64,000 nucleotides of DNA from a virus (IMGVR_UViG_3300021400_000130:89614-153613); one strand, 5' to 3'; counted from the stretch's first letter, positions 1 through 10,551 are shown. The notes: generated by a model from the sequence alone, not told the origin. Numbers and translations: made by a program.

Positions 1-4
1 TAAT

Positions 5-352
5 ATGTTTTCAAGTGAGAAAGTAAATATATATAAAGACAAAGAAGCCACAAAGACAAATTTAAAATTACTGTTATCAACTGAGGTAACTTCTTTGTTT
101 GGAGACCCCGGTTACGGTAGCAGACTAATGCAAACAATCTATTCACAGAATAATATGATTCTTCGGGATCTAGTTATAGATGAAATATATACATGTATAA
201 AGACGTATATGCCTCAGATAATTGTTGAAAGAAAAAATATTGTAATTGTTGCTGATGACGATGCTTTATACGCAGAGATAAAAGCAGTGAGCACATCTGA
301 TTATAGTATTGACTTATATAGGATACGGTTAATTGACACAGATGAAATCTAA
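5..352 (+). CDS. Baseplate wedge subunit, gp25/GPW-like (may extend beyond window start)
   Basis: NLKLLL..FGDPGYGSRL..I..YMPQI pattern typical of gp25 family; directly upstream of gp6-like gene. Confidence 0.75.
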   Translation: MFSSEKVNIYKDKEATKTNLKLLLSTEVTSLFGDPGYGSRLMQTIYSQNNMILRDLVIDEIYTCIKTYMPQIIVERKNIVIVADDDALYAEIKAVSTSDYSIDLYRIRLIDTDEI

Positions 353-376
353 GTAATAGAATTGGAGTATTAATAA

Positions 377-3300
377 ATGAGTGTACAAAATCCATTAGGC
401 CCGATTAGCTATACTGATAAAGACTTTGAAAGTGTTTATGTAGAGTTACTAGATTTAGTTAAACAACTTACATATAAGTGGGACCCGTCTGTGTCAAACG
501 AGTCAGACCCAGGTGTTATACTTTTAAAGTTGAATGCTATTATAGCAGACAAGATTAACTACAATATTGATAGTAATATTCTTGAATGCTTCCCAGAGAC
601 TGTCTCACAGCTTCCTAATGCTCGTCAGTTATTTGCTCAACTTGGGTACAATATGAAGTGGTATCGGTCTGCTGGTACTATTGCTTCCTTAAAGTATATA
701 GGAAATGAAACTAGTGTTCCTTCATATACTATCCCGAAGTTTACAATGATAACAGATAGCGAAAGAGAAATTATTTATTCTATCATCGGTTCGACTACAA
801 CAAATTCTACTGATGCTACTGTAAGTGATGTTCAATTACTGACTGATGGAACTGTTTCTTCTGTTCTTGTTATGGAAGGTGTTGCAACTAACTATTCAAT
901 AAATGGTGAAACTAACATCAATGTTTCTCATCTTGACACAAAAAATAGATTGTATTTTGACACTAACATGGTAGCGGAGAATGGAGTATTCATTACCAAC
1001 TCTGACAACACAAATTATAATCAGTGGGTAAGAAAAGATAATCTGCTTGTTGAAGAGCCAGGTCAAACAATCTACAAATTTGGTGTTACGAATGATGGTA
1101 ACTACTGTTATCTAGAGTTCCCTGAGGATGCTGAGTTATTATTCAAGAATGGAATAAACATAACATACCTGAGAACTGACGGCCAAAGCGGAAATATTGC
1201 TGCCAATGTCTTGAATGATTTCTATTATTCATTTGCTCCTATTGAGGATACTTCCGTAACTATCAACTCTGACAATGTAAAAGTGATGAACATCTACAGT
1301 GCTGTAGATGGTAGAGATCCAGAATCAATTGAAGATGGATATAAGAATTATAAAAGAGTCGTAGGAACATTTGATACTCTAGTTACATTAAGAGACTATC
1401 TAAACTACGTCTTAACTTCTGAATTAGTTTCTAACGGATTTGTTTGTGATAGAACAAATGATTTGCAAGATACTTACAATATTGTTACTCTAAATGATAG
1501 TATTATTTCTTCCGTACATGTGATTGAAAATGATGCACTACCAGGATACTTACATAATGGAGTATTCTATGCGGGAAAGATTGGAAGTATATACTATAAT
1601 GAATATACAGAGGAAAAGATAGGAACATCTTACTGCTACGATTTAGATACTGGAAAGGTATATAATTTGGTTAACAGTTCATTTGATGAAGTTGAAACTG
1701 TTCCAACCTTTGATGCTTTCTCATTGAAACTATACTTATTACAGTATATGCCGTCAGTAACAACAGCTGCTGGGCATCAATTAACATTCAATATGTTAAG
1801 TAATACTCAACAAGATACTGTTAAAGATTATTTACAGGATGTTAAATCTTTACAGCATGATTTCAAGAACCTTGAGTCTCCTTCAAGTATTTCTTCTCAC
1901 TTCTGTTTCTTTAAGAATAAGTTCCCTATTGACTGCAGAATAACTACACAGTACCCATTAAGTGCTGTAGAAGCAAATGATATGTTAGGAACTATAAAGA
2001 GAGCACTTTATAATAGATTAAGTTCAAAAGAAGTTGAGTTTGGGTCTGAAATAACATTAGAATATGTTAAAGAGATAGTAAAAAATTCTGATGCAAGAAT
2101 TAAAGATGTGAATATGTCAAATATTCAGTTTACTACATATGCTGTTTATTATGATTCTTCATTAGAAGAAGGAACTTATCCTTTTGTTGAAGTAGAAATC
2201 AACACTCCAGAAGATGAAGTTAACATTGAGTATACATTTACAAATGATTCTGAAGCAGTAGTTGATTCTCAGACATTCATGCACAAAGCAGGTCAGATAA
2301 ATTACGAGCCTATAAAATTTGTTTATAGTAATCCTAACTGGAAGATAAATAGTACAAATGTAAATATAACTGAGTATGGCATCTATTTTAGATATACCGA
2401 GTCATTCATGGCTACAGCGGGCCAGACACAATTTACTGTAAGTAACTCCATTAACAGAATTGAAAGTGTTCTCAGAAGTAAAGTAGAACTATCCGGAGTA
2501 ACATTTAGTGGTAGTACTGTTACACTTCCGTCTGCATCTTCAGTTGGAGCACCAGTTGTTATTACATATTGGTCATCAGATAATAGTGATCTTGTTACTG
2601 GCGATAGTATAACAGCTCGTATATCTTACAGAACGCAATTCAGAGACGAAATATTTGCAAAATCTGTTCTAGCAGGTAAGACTCCCCTGATTGTTTCTGG
2701 TAATAAATATACACATAGATTTGATCAAACATATAATTCAAACAGACCCAATACTTCAGAACAAGATAAGTATGAAATAAATGGTATTAGTCATATTCAA
2801 ACAAATGTAGATATTTCTGTTAGCAATCTTTCTAATGAGTATACTCTTCGTAATAATGAGAGTATTCAATTCTACTCTCCAAACTTACTTGATATAACAA
2901 GTTATTCGAACTATGTCAAGTTTGAGTTCTATACACCGAACGCTTCTAGTAAAGTAATAAATGCTGATACTAATTATCAACTATTACAGAATGAGTATTT
3001 ATTCTTATATTGGAAAGACAGCGATAACCCTGATGCTTATTATAAGTTTGCTAGTTATGGTAAAGGACATATTATCTGCCCGACATTTGAACTAACTTCC
3101 AGCAACACTTCAGTTGGCGGAGCATATCTGCAAGCTGAAACTGATCTGAGTCCAGAAAATTATATAAGCACTGACAATCTAGGTTACTTAGCGGATCTTT
3201 CAAGTCTTGTTAGCTTGAATGTAAACTCTGCGGCAAATATTCTTTCCGGTACAAAGACTATAACTGTAAAAGCAGTAAATGAAGTTACAATTACTTCTAC

Positions 3301-4951
3301 AGACGGTTGTTACTGTTATTGGATACTAAATGAAACTACTGATGATCTTCAGTATTATGAATTCCCAGTAAATCATGGCCAAGACACTTCAAATGATAAA
3401 CTACTAGATGCTGGTGAATATTTTATCTATTCTAATTCAGATCTAACAGAAATGTATATTATGGGAACAGGAACTAAGATCCACATTGTTGAACCAAATG
3501 TGGAAATCAATGTTTGGAGAGTTAAAGTTCTTGATTCATCTGTAATTCTAAATTCTGGTGCATCTGCATTAGCTAATTACTGGAAAGAAATTCCTACTAA
3601 TGGAAGAGTAGAACTAACAGAAAATAAAATATATACACTTAACGCTGGAACTAAGTTCAGACTTGTTAACGATGAACTAACATCCTGGTCAAGAACATTT
3701 GACAGAACTGGTGTTAAGTCTGGCTCGAATATAACGCCATATACAACAACAAAGACTATTAACTCTTGGGCTGATGGAACAAGTAACGAAATAACATTTA
3801 CTCAAACATCTGTTACATCTGTTGCTTCTGTTGTTTATACTTCTGGTGGAGAAGGAACAGTTACGGTAACTAACTATACATTTGATCAGGCTACTCAGAA
3901 GTGTACGGTAGACCTGGGAGTAATTCCTAATGGAGCAACCGTAGTTGTTACTTATACATATATCGAACAAAATACCGATCCTGATACATTAACCTTACAA
4001 GGTTTTGCTATTTCCTATATGAGTCCTGAGAGTAAAGAGTGGGTATACTTACCACAGATGGAACTACAGAATAGCAGTGGTAATGTTGTTTCTTGGAATG
4101 CTCAGTCCTTACTTAATTTAAATATAGGACCCGACACAGAACAAGTACTTCTTGGAAATCAAACAGTGAAATTCCAGCTGTCAACTTCAGATACTTTTTC
4201 TGATTATGTAATTACTGGTGCGGATAAAGGAAGTTACAATTACTATCAAACAGCTATTATATCTTCTCTTTCTATTGATTCTGATGGTAGTAGCGATAGA
4301 TTACCAACATATCTTGTTGACACAGATGGTAATAGAAAATATCTTGACCTCTTTGTATATCAGAAACAGCTTTCTTCAAATACAGTTGTTTATGGTGAAG
4401 ATAATGTTAAGATAAAACTTCTGCCTGGTTCTAGCGGAAGAACAGCAACAATAGAATTTATTCTTCCAAAAGGAAACTACATAATACCATTTAGTAATAC
4501 AAATGTATTTGCTGATTCAGACAGTTTGAATATTCAGTTTGATGGAGTGAATTTAACTTCTTTAAATTCTTCTCAATCTGATTTAAAAGAACAGAGGACT
4601 TACTATCTGACACTTGAAGTAACAGATGATAAGATTACAAGTAATCATCAATTAACTGTATCAAGAACACTTGCTACAGAGGAAGTTACTATCACGCTAC
4701 AGAACCCATTCTTGTATACTCACACAGATAATATAAATGATGAGTATTTTGAAAGAATGTTATTATTAATCCCAAGATTTGATAGAGATAATGTTTTCAA
4801 CTATACATATCAAGTTGATGAAGATGAACTCATTGAAGATCCTCTAGAAGCATCATCTTTCTTGAATCCTAATCATATATTCAACAAGTTTACTATATGT
4901 GAACTTGATACATCAGATAATACTTCAATATATATTGCAGGTAAGAAATAA
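377..4951 (+). CDS. Large baseplate wedge protein (T4 gp6 / baseplate J-like N-terminus with long beta-rich extension)
   Basis: SYTDKDFESVY..W...ESDPGVILL N-terminus, A..LGY, YLRTDGQSGN and AVDGRDPESIE..VTLRDY motifs of gp6/BplJ; 1524 aa. Confidence 0.8.
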   Translation: MSVQNPLGPISYTDKDFESVYVELLDLVKQLTYKWDPSVSNESDPGVILLKLNAIIADKINYNIDSNILECFPETVSQLPNARQLFAQLGYNMKWYRSAGTIASLKYIGNETSVPSYTIPKFTMITDSEREIIYSIIGSTTTNSTDATVSDVQLLTDGTVSSVLVMEGVATNYSINGETNINVSHLDTKNRLYFDTNMVAENGVFITNSDNTNYNQWVRKDNLLVEEPGQTIYKFGVTNDGNYCYLEFPEDAELLFKNGINITYLRTDGQSGNIAANVLNDFYYSFAPIEDTSVTINSDNVKVMNIYSAVDGRDPESIEDGYKNYKRVVGTFDTLVTLRDYLNYVLTSELVSNGFVCDRTNDLQDTYNIVTLNDSIISSVHVIENDALPGYLHNGVFYAGKIGSIYYNEYTEEKIGTSYCYDLDTGKVYNLVNSSFDEVETVPTFDAFSLKLYLLQYMPSVTTAAGHQLTFNMLSNTQQDTVKDYLQDVKSLQHDFKNLESPSSISSHFCFFKNKFPIDCRITTQYPLSAVEANDMLGTIKRALYNRLSSKEVEFGSEITLEYVKEIVKNSDARIKDVNMSNIQFTTYAVYYDSSLEEGTYPFVEVEINTPEDEVNIEYTFTNDSEAVVDSQTFMHKAGQINYEPIKFVYSNPNWKINSTNVNITEYGIYFRYTESFMATAGQTQFTVSNSINRIESVLRSKVELSGVTFSGSTVTLPSASSVGAPVVITYWSSDNSDLVTGDSITARISYRTQFRDEIFAKSVLAGKTPLIVSGNKYTHRFDQTYNSNRPNTSEQDKYEINGISHIQTNVDISVSNLSNEYTLRNNESIQFYSPNLLDITSYSNYVKFEFYTPNASSKVINADTNYQLLQNEYLFLYWKDSDNPDAYYKFASYGKGHIICPTFELTSSNTSVGGAYLQAETDLSPENYISTDNLGYLADLSSLVSLNVNSAANILSGTKTITVKAVNEVTITSTDGCYCYWILNETTDDLQYYEFPVNHGQDTSNDKLLDAGEYFIYSNSDLTEMYIMGTGTKIHIVEPNVEINVWRVKVLDSSVILNSGASALANYWKEIPTNGRVELTENKIYTLNAGTKFRLVNDELTSWSRTFDRTGVKSGSNITPYTTTKTINSWADGTSNEITFTQTSVTSVASVVYTSGGEGTVTVTNYTFDQATQKCTVDLGVIPNGATVVVTYTYIEQNTDPDTLTLQGFAISYMSPESKEWVYLPQMELQNSSGNVVSWNAQSLLNLNIGPDTEQVLLGNQTVKFQLSTSDTFSDYVITGADKGSYNYYQTAIISSLSIDSDGSSDRLPTYLVDTDGNRKYLDLFVYQKQLSSNTVVYGEDNVKIKLLPGSSGRTATIEFILPKGNYIIPFSNTNVFADSDSLNIQFDGVNLTSLNSSQSDLKEQRTYYLTLEVTDDKITSNHQLTVSRTLATEEVTITLQNPFLYTHTDNINDEYFERMLLLIPRFDRDNVFNYTYQVDEDELIEDPLEASSFLNPNHIFNKFTICELDTSDNTSIYIAGKK

Positions 4952-6036
4952 TGAGTATATTAAAAGTACAAGAATTAACTCCTTCGGTCTACACTGAAGA
5001 TTCAAGAGATTTTCAATTACTAGGCAGACTGTACGACAGTGTGTTTAATGGAATGAAGTTTGATACAGATTCTATTATTTCTTTAATAGATACAAAGGAG
5101 TGTAGAACGAGTGTCTTACAATTACTTCAAACTAAGTTAGGCTTCTTTACAGAAAGAAAAATAGATGACGAAAAACTTAGGAGTATACTTGAATGCTTTC
5201 CAATAGTAGTTCGTAACAAAGGTTCATTGAAAGCAATCAAAGAAACATTATATCTATTTCTAAGAATGTATTCAGTAGCCTCTGATATGGATATCTACTA
5301 TCTTAAGACGCCAACAAGTCCACCTTTTTCAGAAGATGGTCCATGTGTTCTTTCAAATGGTAAGTTGCCTGATAATAATAGTTTGATAGTAAGAATACAC
5401 TCTTTCCATACAAAACCAGATACTTCTGTTTTAGAAGAATTATTTAGATATATTCTTCCTGCAGGAATTAACTACTATATAGAATTTGATAAAGGTACTT
5501 CTCTTCCGGACATTGTATTAAAGAGTGAAGATTCCGCAGAACTACTATTTCTTTCTGATAATATTAGTGCCAACTTAAGAGGGCATGACCAGTCACAGTC
5601 TTATAAGTTAGGTTCTGCAAATACGTCATCAATTATTTCAAATACTAGTTATGTAAGTAATCGTTTCATTGGGTACTACGATTCAGAACAAGATGCTGAC
5701 GATTATCTTGAAACTTTATCAACTCAAGTTTACAGTACCGCAATTATAAACTATACTTCTGAAGATAGTACCTCAACAGAATCAAGACCAATGATATGTG
5801 TTGCATATTCAAATAATACTCCTACTTGGTATAGAATTAATTTCTTAGGAAATATAAGTACTGAAGAAGTTAGTACAGAGGGAGGAATTATTTCAGCTCT
5901 TGAAGAAAAAGGTATAACTGTTAATAATGGAGATCTTATATTATATAATGATGTATATCTTTTAAGAGTTGAAAATAATTGGCAAGAATGTAATTATGCA
6001 AGATATATTCTAAATACATACTCTATAACGGGATAA
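4951..6036 (+). CDS. Baseplate/tail protein (P2 gpI-like N-terminus)
   Basis: P.VY...SRDFQLL, LQLL..KLGF, RNKGSLKAI and YILPAGI motifs; stop/start overlap with gp6-like gene. Confidence 0.6.
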   Translation: MSILKVQELTPSVYTEDSRDFQLLGRLYDSVFNGMKFDTDSIISLIDTKECRTSVLQLLQTKLGFFTERKIDDEKLRSILECFPIVVRNKGSLKAIKETLYLFLRMYSVASDMDIYYLKTPTSPPFSEDGPCVLSNGKLPDNNSLIVRIHSFHTKPDTSVLEELFRYILPAGINYYIEFDKGTSLPDIVLKSEDSAELLFLSDNISANLRGHDQSQSYKLGSANTSSIISNTSYVSNRFIGYYDSEQDADDYLETLSTQVYSTAIINYTSEDSTSTESRPMICVAYSNNTPTWYRINFLGNISTEEVSTEGGIISALEEKGITVNNGDLILYNDVYLLRVENNWQECNYARYILNTYSITG

Positions 6037-6045
6037 GGAGTACAC

Positions 6046-6552
6046 ATGAATATTACTAACACTTGGTATGTAGGAACAGTAAATGTTAAACTAAAGATAA
6101 AAGATAAAGTATTTTCTTATCAATCTCATAATGAAGGTCTACCTGGATTATTTGAATCATTTGCAAGAATAATGAGCGGAAACTATCGCGGAGACTGCGA
6201 TATTCCTAAATATATTGATATAAGAAAATTAGTACCAGGAACAGAAGATGAATATCTTTCTTTCTTAACACTTAACAGACTTCCTCTAACAGGAGCTAAC
6301 TGGAGTGTTAACGACCAAGGAGAATTTACCGCTAATTTCACTGCTACAGTATCTAGTGATATGTTATACAATCAAGTTCCTGTAACTTCAACTGACACCT
6401 TCAAATTATATCTTATTACAGATAATGAAAGTAAGACAGGAAAGAGAGATTTAGCAAGATTAGATATTCCTGCAGAACAGCTCTCTCGTATAGTTCCTGG
6501 TGTGAATGCTATCATAGAATGGTCAATGAAACTAACAAATCCGACTGAATAA
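6046..6552 (+). CDS. Hypothetical virion/tail protein
   Basis: AAGGAG SD; within structural operon. Confidence 0.55.
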   Translation: MNITNTWYVGTVNVKLKIKDKVFSYQSHNEGLPGLFESFARIMSGNYRGDCDIPKYIDIRKLVPGTEDEYLSFLTLNRLPLTGANWSVNDQGEFTANFTATVSSDMLYNQVPVTSTDTFKLYLITDNESKTGKRDLARLDIPAEQLSRIVPGVNAIIEWSMKLTNPTE

Positions 6553-6563
6553 GGAGAAAAGTA

Positions 6564-7091
6564 ATGTCAACAATAGCATCTGAAAAAATAAGTGTTTTTC
6601 CTGCAGTTAGAAGAGCAGGAAGTAAACCATTAGCGAGACTGATGTCAGAACAGGCTCTAGTAGGTATTGTAAACAAATTAATCAACCTTGAAGGATTTGT
6701 TATTTCTAGTTCTTTATCTGACGATATTCCACTAGAGTTCAATCTCTATGGTTACTATTTTAAGATAGTTAATCCTGTAACTTCTTTAGGGTTAGGAACA
6801 ACATATACTTCAGGCAGTGTATATGCCCACATTGAACTTGTTACTTCAACAGCAGGGGATAATTTACAGTACGAAGAATTGTTTGGTCAAGACGACAACG
6901 GAAACTATACAGGTCTTGTAATTGATAGTTCTCCCGATTATACTCCTGTAAATGGAGGAGTTGTTAGAACTTTAAGAATTGCAGAATTTTCTTCTTCTGC
7001 AAGTGGCTGGCAGATTCCTTCTGAAAGTAAAATACGATTCTCTAAAGATTCTTTAGACTTATCAGTCATTGACGGTGGTATTATTCAATAA
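6564..7091 (+). CDS. Hypothetical virion protein, last gene of structural operon
   Basis: AAGGAG SD; followed by terminator. Confidence 0.55.
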   Translation: MSTIASEKISVFPAVRRAGSKPLARLMSEQALVGIVNKLINLEGFVISSSLSDDIPLEFNLYGYYFKIVNPVTSLGLGTTYTSGSVYAHIELVTSTAGDNLQYEELFGQDDNGNYTGLVIDSSPDYTPVNGGVVRTLRIAEFSSSASGWQIPSESKIRFSKDSLDLSVIDGGIIQ

Positions 7092-7111
7092 ATTACTAAT
7101 ACACTGTATAT

Positions 7112-7146
7112 AATGAGGACATCTCTTAGAGGTGTTCTCATTTTTG
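7112..7146 (+). terminator. Rho-independent terminator ending structural operon
   Basis: AATGAGGACATCTC-TTA-GAGGTGTTCTCATT stem followed by T-run. Confidence 0.8.
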
Positions 7147-7155
7147 TTGTTTAGA

Positions 7156-7213
7156 AAGTTAACAGCAAGTTCTTTACTAAGTTAAGAACAAGATCTTTAG
7201 TAAGTAAAGACAA
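7156..7213. repeat. 23-bp tandem repeat (about 2.5 units), iteron-like, copy A
   Basis: AAGTTAACAGCAAGTTCTTTACT / AAGTTAAGAACAAGATCTTTAGT / AAGTAAAGACAA; 7171-7199 identical to 61655-61683. Confidence 0.8.
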
Positions 7214-7258
7214 ATAATAACAATATATAAAAATAATAAAATAAATAACAATATTAAG

Positions 7259-7287
7259 TTGATTTTTCTTAATATTTTTAATAAAAT
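7259..7287 (+). promoter_or_regulatory. Sigma-A-like phage promoter
   Basis: AG-TTGATT-N17-TAAAAT. Confidence 0.7.
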
Positions 7288-7320
7288 ATAATTGAAAAAC
7301 AAACAATAGGAGAATAGTAT

Positions 7321-7623
7321 ATGAAGAAAACAGTGATTGTTTGTCCGAACTGCGGAGCGGAGTATCTCCCTCAGGAGATATATATTCCGAACTCGTTTTT
7401 CGGAAAAGCTATTCACATTGAAAGAGACGAGCAAAATCAGATTACAGATATAGTTGGAAGTAATCTTGATACCGAAGAAACTTATACCTGTAATTTCTGC
7501 AATGTTCCATTTTCTGTGACAGCTAAAATTAGTTTCAATACAAAAGTAGATTTAAAAAGAAATTTTGAAGAAGATTACGCTACTAGGATAACAAAAGAAA
7601 AGTTCTTGTTTGACGAAGAATAA
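7321..7623 (+). CDS. Small zinc-ribbon protein
   Basis: CPNC and CNFC pairs; AGGAG SD. Confidence 0.6.
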   Translation: MKKTVIVCPNCGAEYLPQEIYIPNSFFGKAIHIERDEQNQITDIVGSNLDTEETYTCNFCNVPFSVTAKISFNTKVDLKRNFEEDYATRITKEKFLFDEE

Positions 7624-7639
7624 TTAAGGAGTGCTGATA

Positions 7640-7789
7640 ATGAAAAAGATCAACATGACAGTAGTGAACATTGTCCTCTTTATCCTTATGCTTATTTTTA
7701 ATTGTGAGATTTTTTCTCTTCTTTGTCTGACGGTATTTGCTGCTCAGCTTTTGTCATGGATCTTTAAGCATTATCCAAAGAACTATTAA
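7640..7789 (+). CDS. Small membrane protein (49 aa, not in ORF track)
   Basis: AAGGAG SD; MKKINMTVVNIVLFILMLIFNCEIFSLLCLTVFAAQLLSWIFKHYPKNY, hydrophobic. Confidence 0.55.
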   Translation: MKKINMTVVNIVLFILMLIFNCEIFSLLCLTVFAAQLLSWIFKHYPKNY

Positions 7790-7790
7790 T

Positions 7791-8048
7791 ATGAATAGAA
7801 CAACACAGTATAGACGCTTCCAGGATTTTATTCATAGAAAGCGTTTGAAAAGATTGAGTGAGAATTCCCCAATGCTGGTCTGGTGGAATAGTTTTTCTAA
7901 TCCTAGATATCTGAAACGGTATTACTGTGGCAATCAATTTTTCAAACGACAATCAAGAAAGAAAACTCGTAATCTTCCACTAGAATATAACTTGCCAAAA
8001 GGTAATATTGGTCATAAGTATTATGACTACTGGTGGACCATTATTTAA
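7791..8048 (+). CDS. Basic hypothetical protein
   Basis: ATG two bases after previous stop; K/R-rich, ends YYDYWWTII. Confidence 0.5.
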   Translation: MNRTTQYRRFQDFIHRKRLKRLSENSPMLVWWNSFSNPRYLKRYYCGNQFFKRQSRKKTRNLPLEYNLPKGNIGHKYYDYWWTII

Positions 8049-8060
8049 GGAGAACTTAGT

Positions 8061-9740
8061 TTGATAACAATTGAGGAAAAATTAAATAAGAAGATACCTG
8101 GTATATCTTCTTTATATATAAAGTTTGATTATAACAAAGACATTGTTGAAGCACTGAAAGAGAGCGTTACTGTTGGAGAGTTTGATAGAAAGACTTTAAC
8201 ATGGGAAGTTCCGGCTTCTGATCTAGCAAAGATTATCGACCGTCTTTCTGTTTTTGATTCTGTTGATCTTACTCTTCTTTCTGATGTTGAAGAAAAGAAA
8301 CAAAAGGAACCAACACTTCATTCTTTCAAGACTAAACCTTTCCCTTATCAAGAAGAAGGAATAAAGTATGGTCTTCAGCATGATAACTGGTTGTTACTTG
8401 ATGCTCCTGGTCTTGGTAAAACTCTTCAGATGCTTTATCTTGCGCTTGAGTTGAAGAAGGCAGGAAAGATTGAGCACTGTTTGATTATTTGTGGAGTAAA
8501 TACACTTAAGTTTAACTGGAAGAAAGAAATTGAAAAGCATACAGACGAACAGTGCTATATTCTCGGACAGCGTATTAGTAAGAACGGAAAGTTTTCTATC
8601 GGAAGTGTTAGCGACAGAGTTAAAGACCTTAACAGTAAAATTAAAGAATTCTTTGTTGTAACCAACATTGAAACTTTACGAGATAACGATGTTGTTAAAG
8701 GAATAAACAAAGGAGCAAATAAGTTTGATTTAGTTGTTGTTGATGAGGTACACAGATGTAAGAATCCACAATCACAACAAGGAAAGAACTTTTTGAAACT
8801 TACAGGACCAAAATATAAAGTAGCTCTGACTGGAACTCTATTGTTAAATAGCCCACTTGATGCTTATGTTCCTCTTAAGTGGATTGGTAGAGAAAGATGC
8901 AGTTTCAGTAACTTCAAATATTATTATTGTAACTATACGGGATTTTTCAATAATGAGTTTATAGGTTATAGAAATATTGATACCTTGAAAGAACAACTTT
9001 CGAGCTGTTCTCTTCGTAGAACAAAAGATCTTCTTGACCTGCCACCTAAAACAATTATTCCAGAAATAATTGAAATGAATACAGCACAGTCTACATTCTA
9101 TTCAAATATTAAAGAAGGAATTGTTGCACAAGTCGATAAAGTTGATATGTCAACAGCAAGCATTCTGTCAATGGTTGCCAGACTAAGACAGGCTACAGAG
9201 TGCCCTTCTGTTTTAACAACGGAGCCTATCAAATCAGAGAAAGTACTTAGAGCTATAGACTTAGTAGAACAAATTGTTTCTAATAATGAGAAAGTTGTAG
9301 TATTTAGTACTTTCAAAGAAACACTTAATATATTGAAAGAAGAACTTAAGCAGTATAATCCTTTGCTGTGTACAGGCGATGTTAAAGATTCTGAAATCAG
9401 TAACAATATAACAATGTTTCAGAATGATGATACTCATATGGTTATGCTTGCTACAACAAGTAAAATGGGTACGGGTGTTACTCTTAACAGAGCAAGTCAC
9501 GCAATTTTTGTTAGCAATCCGTGGACGGCAGCAGATTGTCAACAGTGTGAAGATAGAATACACCGTATTGGTTCAAAAGATCCTGTTTTTATTCATTATT
9601 TAATATGCAATGGAACAATAGATCAAAGAGTCGATGAGCTAGTTCACGATAAAGGTGCTATCAGTGATTATGTTATTGACGATAAGATTGAAGAAAGATC
9701 TATTGACAGTCTGCGAAAATATATTTGTGAGCTAACTTAG
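8061..9740 (+). CDS. SNF2-family (SF2) helicase/ATPase
   Basis: PYQEEG, DAPGLGKT, VVVDEVH, LTGT, GTGVTL, QCEDRIHRIG motifs. Confidence 0.9.
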   Translation: MITIEEKLNKKIPGISSLYIKFDYNKDIVEALKESVTVGEFDRKTLTWEVPASDLAKIIDRLSVFDSVDLTLLSDVEEKKQKEPTLHSFKTKPFPYQEEGIKYGLQHDNWLLLDAPGLGKTLQMLYLALELKKAGKIEHCLIICGVNTLKFNWKKEIEKHTDEQCYILGQRISKNGKFSIGSVSDRVKDLNSKIKEFFVVTNIETLRDNDVVKGINKGANKFDLVVVDEVHRCKNPQSQQGKNFLKLTGPKYKVALTGTLLLNSPLDAYVPLKWIGRERCSFSNFKYYYCNYTGFFNNEFIGYRNIDTLKEQLSSCSLRRTKDLLDLPPKTIIPEIIEMNTAQSTFYSNIKEGIVAQVDKVDMSTASILSMVARLRQATECPSVLTTEPIKSEKVLRAIDLVEQIVSNNEKVVVFSTFKETLNILKEELKQYNPLLCTGDVKDSEISNNITMFQNDDTHMVMLATTSKMGTGVTLNRASHAIFVSNPWTAADCQQCEDRIHRIGSKDPVFIHYLICNGTIDQRVDELVHDKGAISDYVIDDKIEERSIDSLRKYICELT

Positions 9741-9744
9741 TTAG

Positions 9745-9773
9745 TTGATTTTGTTTGATGATTATTATATAAT
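9745..9773 (+). promoter_or_regulatory. Sigma-A-like phage promoter
   Basis: AG-TTGATT-N17-TATAAT. Confidence 0.8.
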
Positions 9774-9802
9774 TAAACTATAATAAAGAAGGAGTTACAG
9801 TT

Positions 9803-9997
9803 ATGGATGAGTTTATGGAAGCTATGAAAGAAGTACTTGTTGATAACTTCAATGCTTATGGAGCTGACCCTGGATTTCGTGAGAATGTTGAAGTAATCAA
9901 GGATTGGAGAGAATCCGGGGAGATTACAGAAGATCAGTATAGAGAACTTCGTAGTTTCAATCGTAGTACTTACTCAGATCTTCCTCTTGATATGTGA
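9803..9997 (+). CDS. Small acidic hypothetical protein
   Basis: AAGGAG SD directly after promoter. Confidence 0.6.
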   Translation: MDEFMEAMKEVLVDNFNAYGADPGFRENVEVIKDWRESGEITEDQYRELRSFNRSTYSDLPLDM

Positions 9998-10020
9998 TAG
10001 AGAATTACGGAGGGACAGAA

Positions 10021-10188
10021 ATGAAAAAGAATGTTATTATGATCACTAAAGTTTTCCCTGACGGAAAAGTCCGTATTAGTGCTATTCCTCTTCCTAAGTG
10101 TTCTTCTTTTCTTAGCTCTGTTGTCAAAGAAATGAACCAGCAGGTAAAGAAAGGGATTATCTATAGTTATGAGATTGAATTTATCTGA
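10021..10188 (+). CDS. Small hypothetical protein
   Basis: GGAGGG SD before ATG 10021. Confidence 0.5.
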   Translation: MKKNVIMITKVFPDGKVRISAIPLPKCSSFLSSVVKEMNQQVKKGIIYSYEIEFI

Positions 10189-10206
10189 GTATAAAGGAGA
10201 AAATAA

Positions 10207-10551
10207 TTGTTGGTTACAAGGGAAGAGATTTTGAAAGAAGATTTTTCAGAAGCATTTGTTTCCAAGATGAAAAGTGCTATTGAAATGTCCTACTATAAAT
10301 ATGGCAATGCAAAAAAGACTTACCCAAATTTGGCTCAAGCGTATAAATGTATTCAGCAGAGGTTAGATCTTTATATTAAGACTCATAATACGGAATATCT
10401 TGTAGATGTTGCAAATTTTGCTATGCTTGAGTTTATGTTTCCTTCGTGGGAAGACGCTAAGTATAATCCTACTGACAGCGACGGGTCACCTGGTCTTGCT
10501 GACGGTATCTCTTATAAAGAGATGATGGATAATTTACATTCTATGTGTTAA
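10207..10551 (+). CDS. Putative MazG-like / dATP-dGTP diphosphohydrolase-type protein
   Basis: YKYG ... EYLVDVANFAMLEF helix typical of all-alpha NTP pyrophosphatases. Confidence 0.5.
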   Translation: MLVTREEILKEDFSEAFVSKMKSAIEMSYYKYGNAKKTYPNLAQAYKCIQQRLDLYIKTHNTEYLVDVANFAMLEFMFPSWEDAKYNPTDSDGSPGLADGISYKEMMDNLHSMC

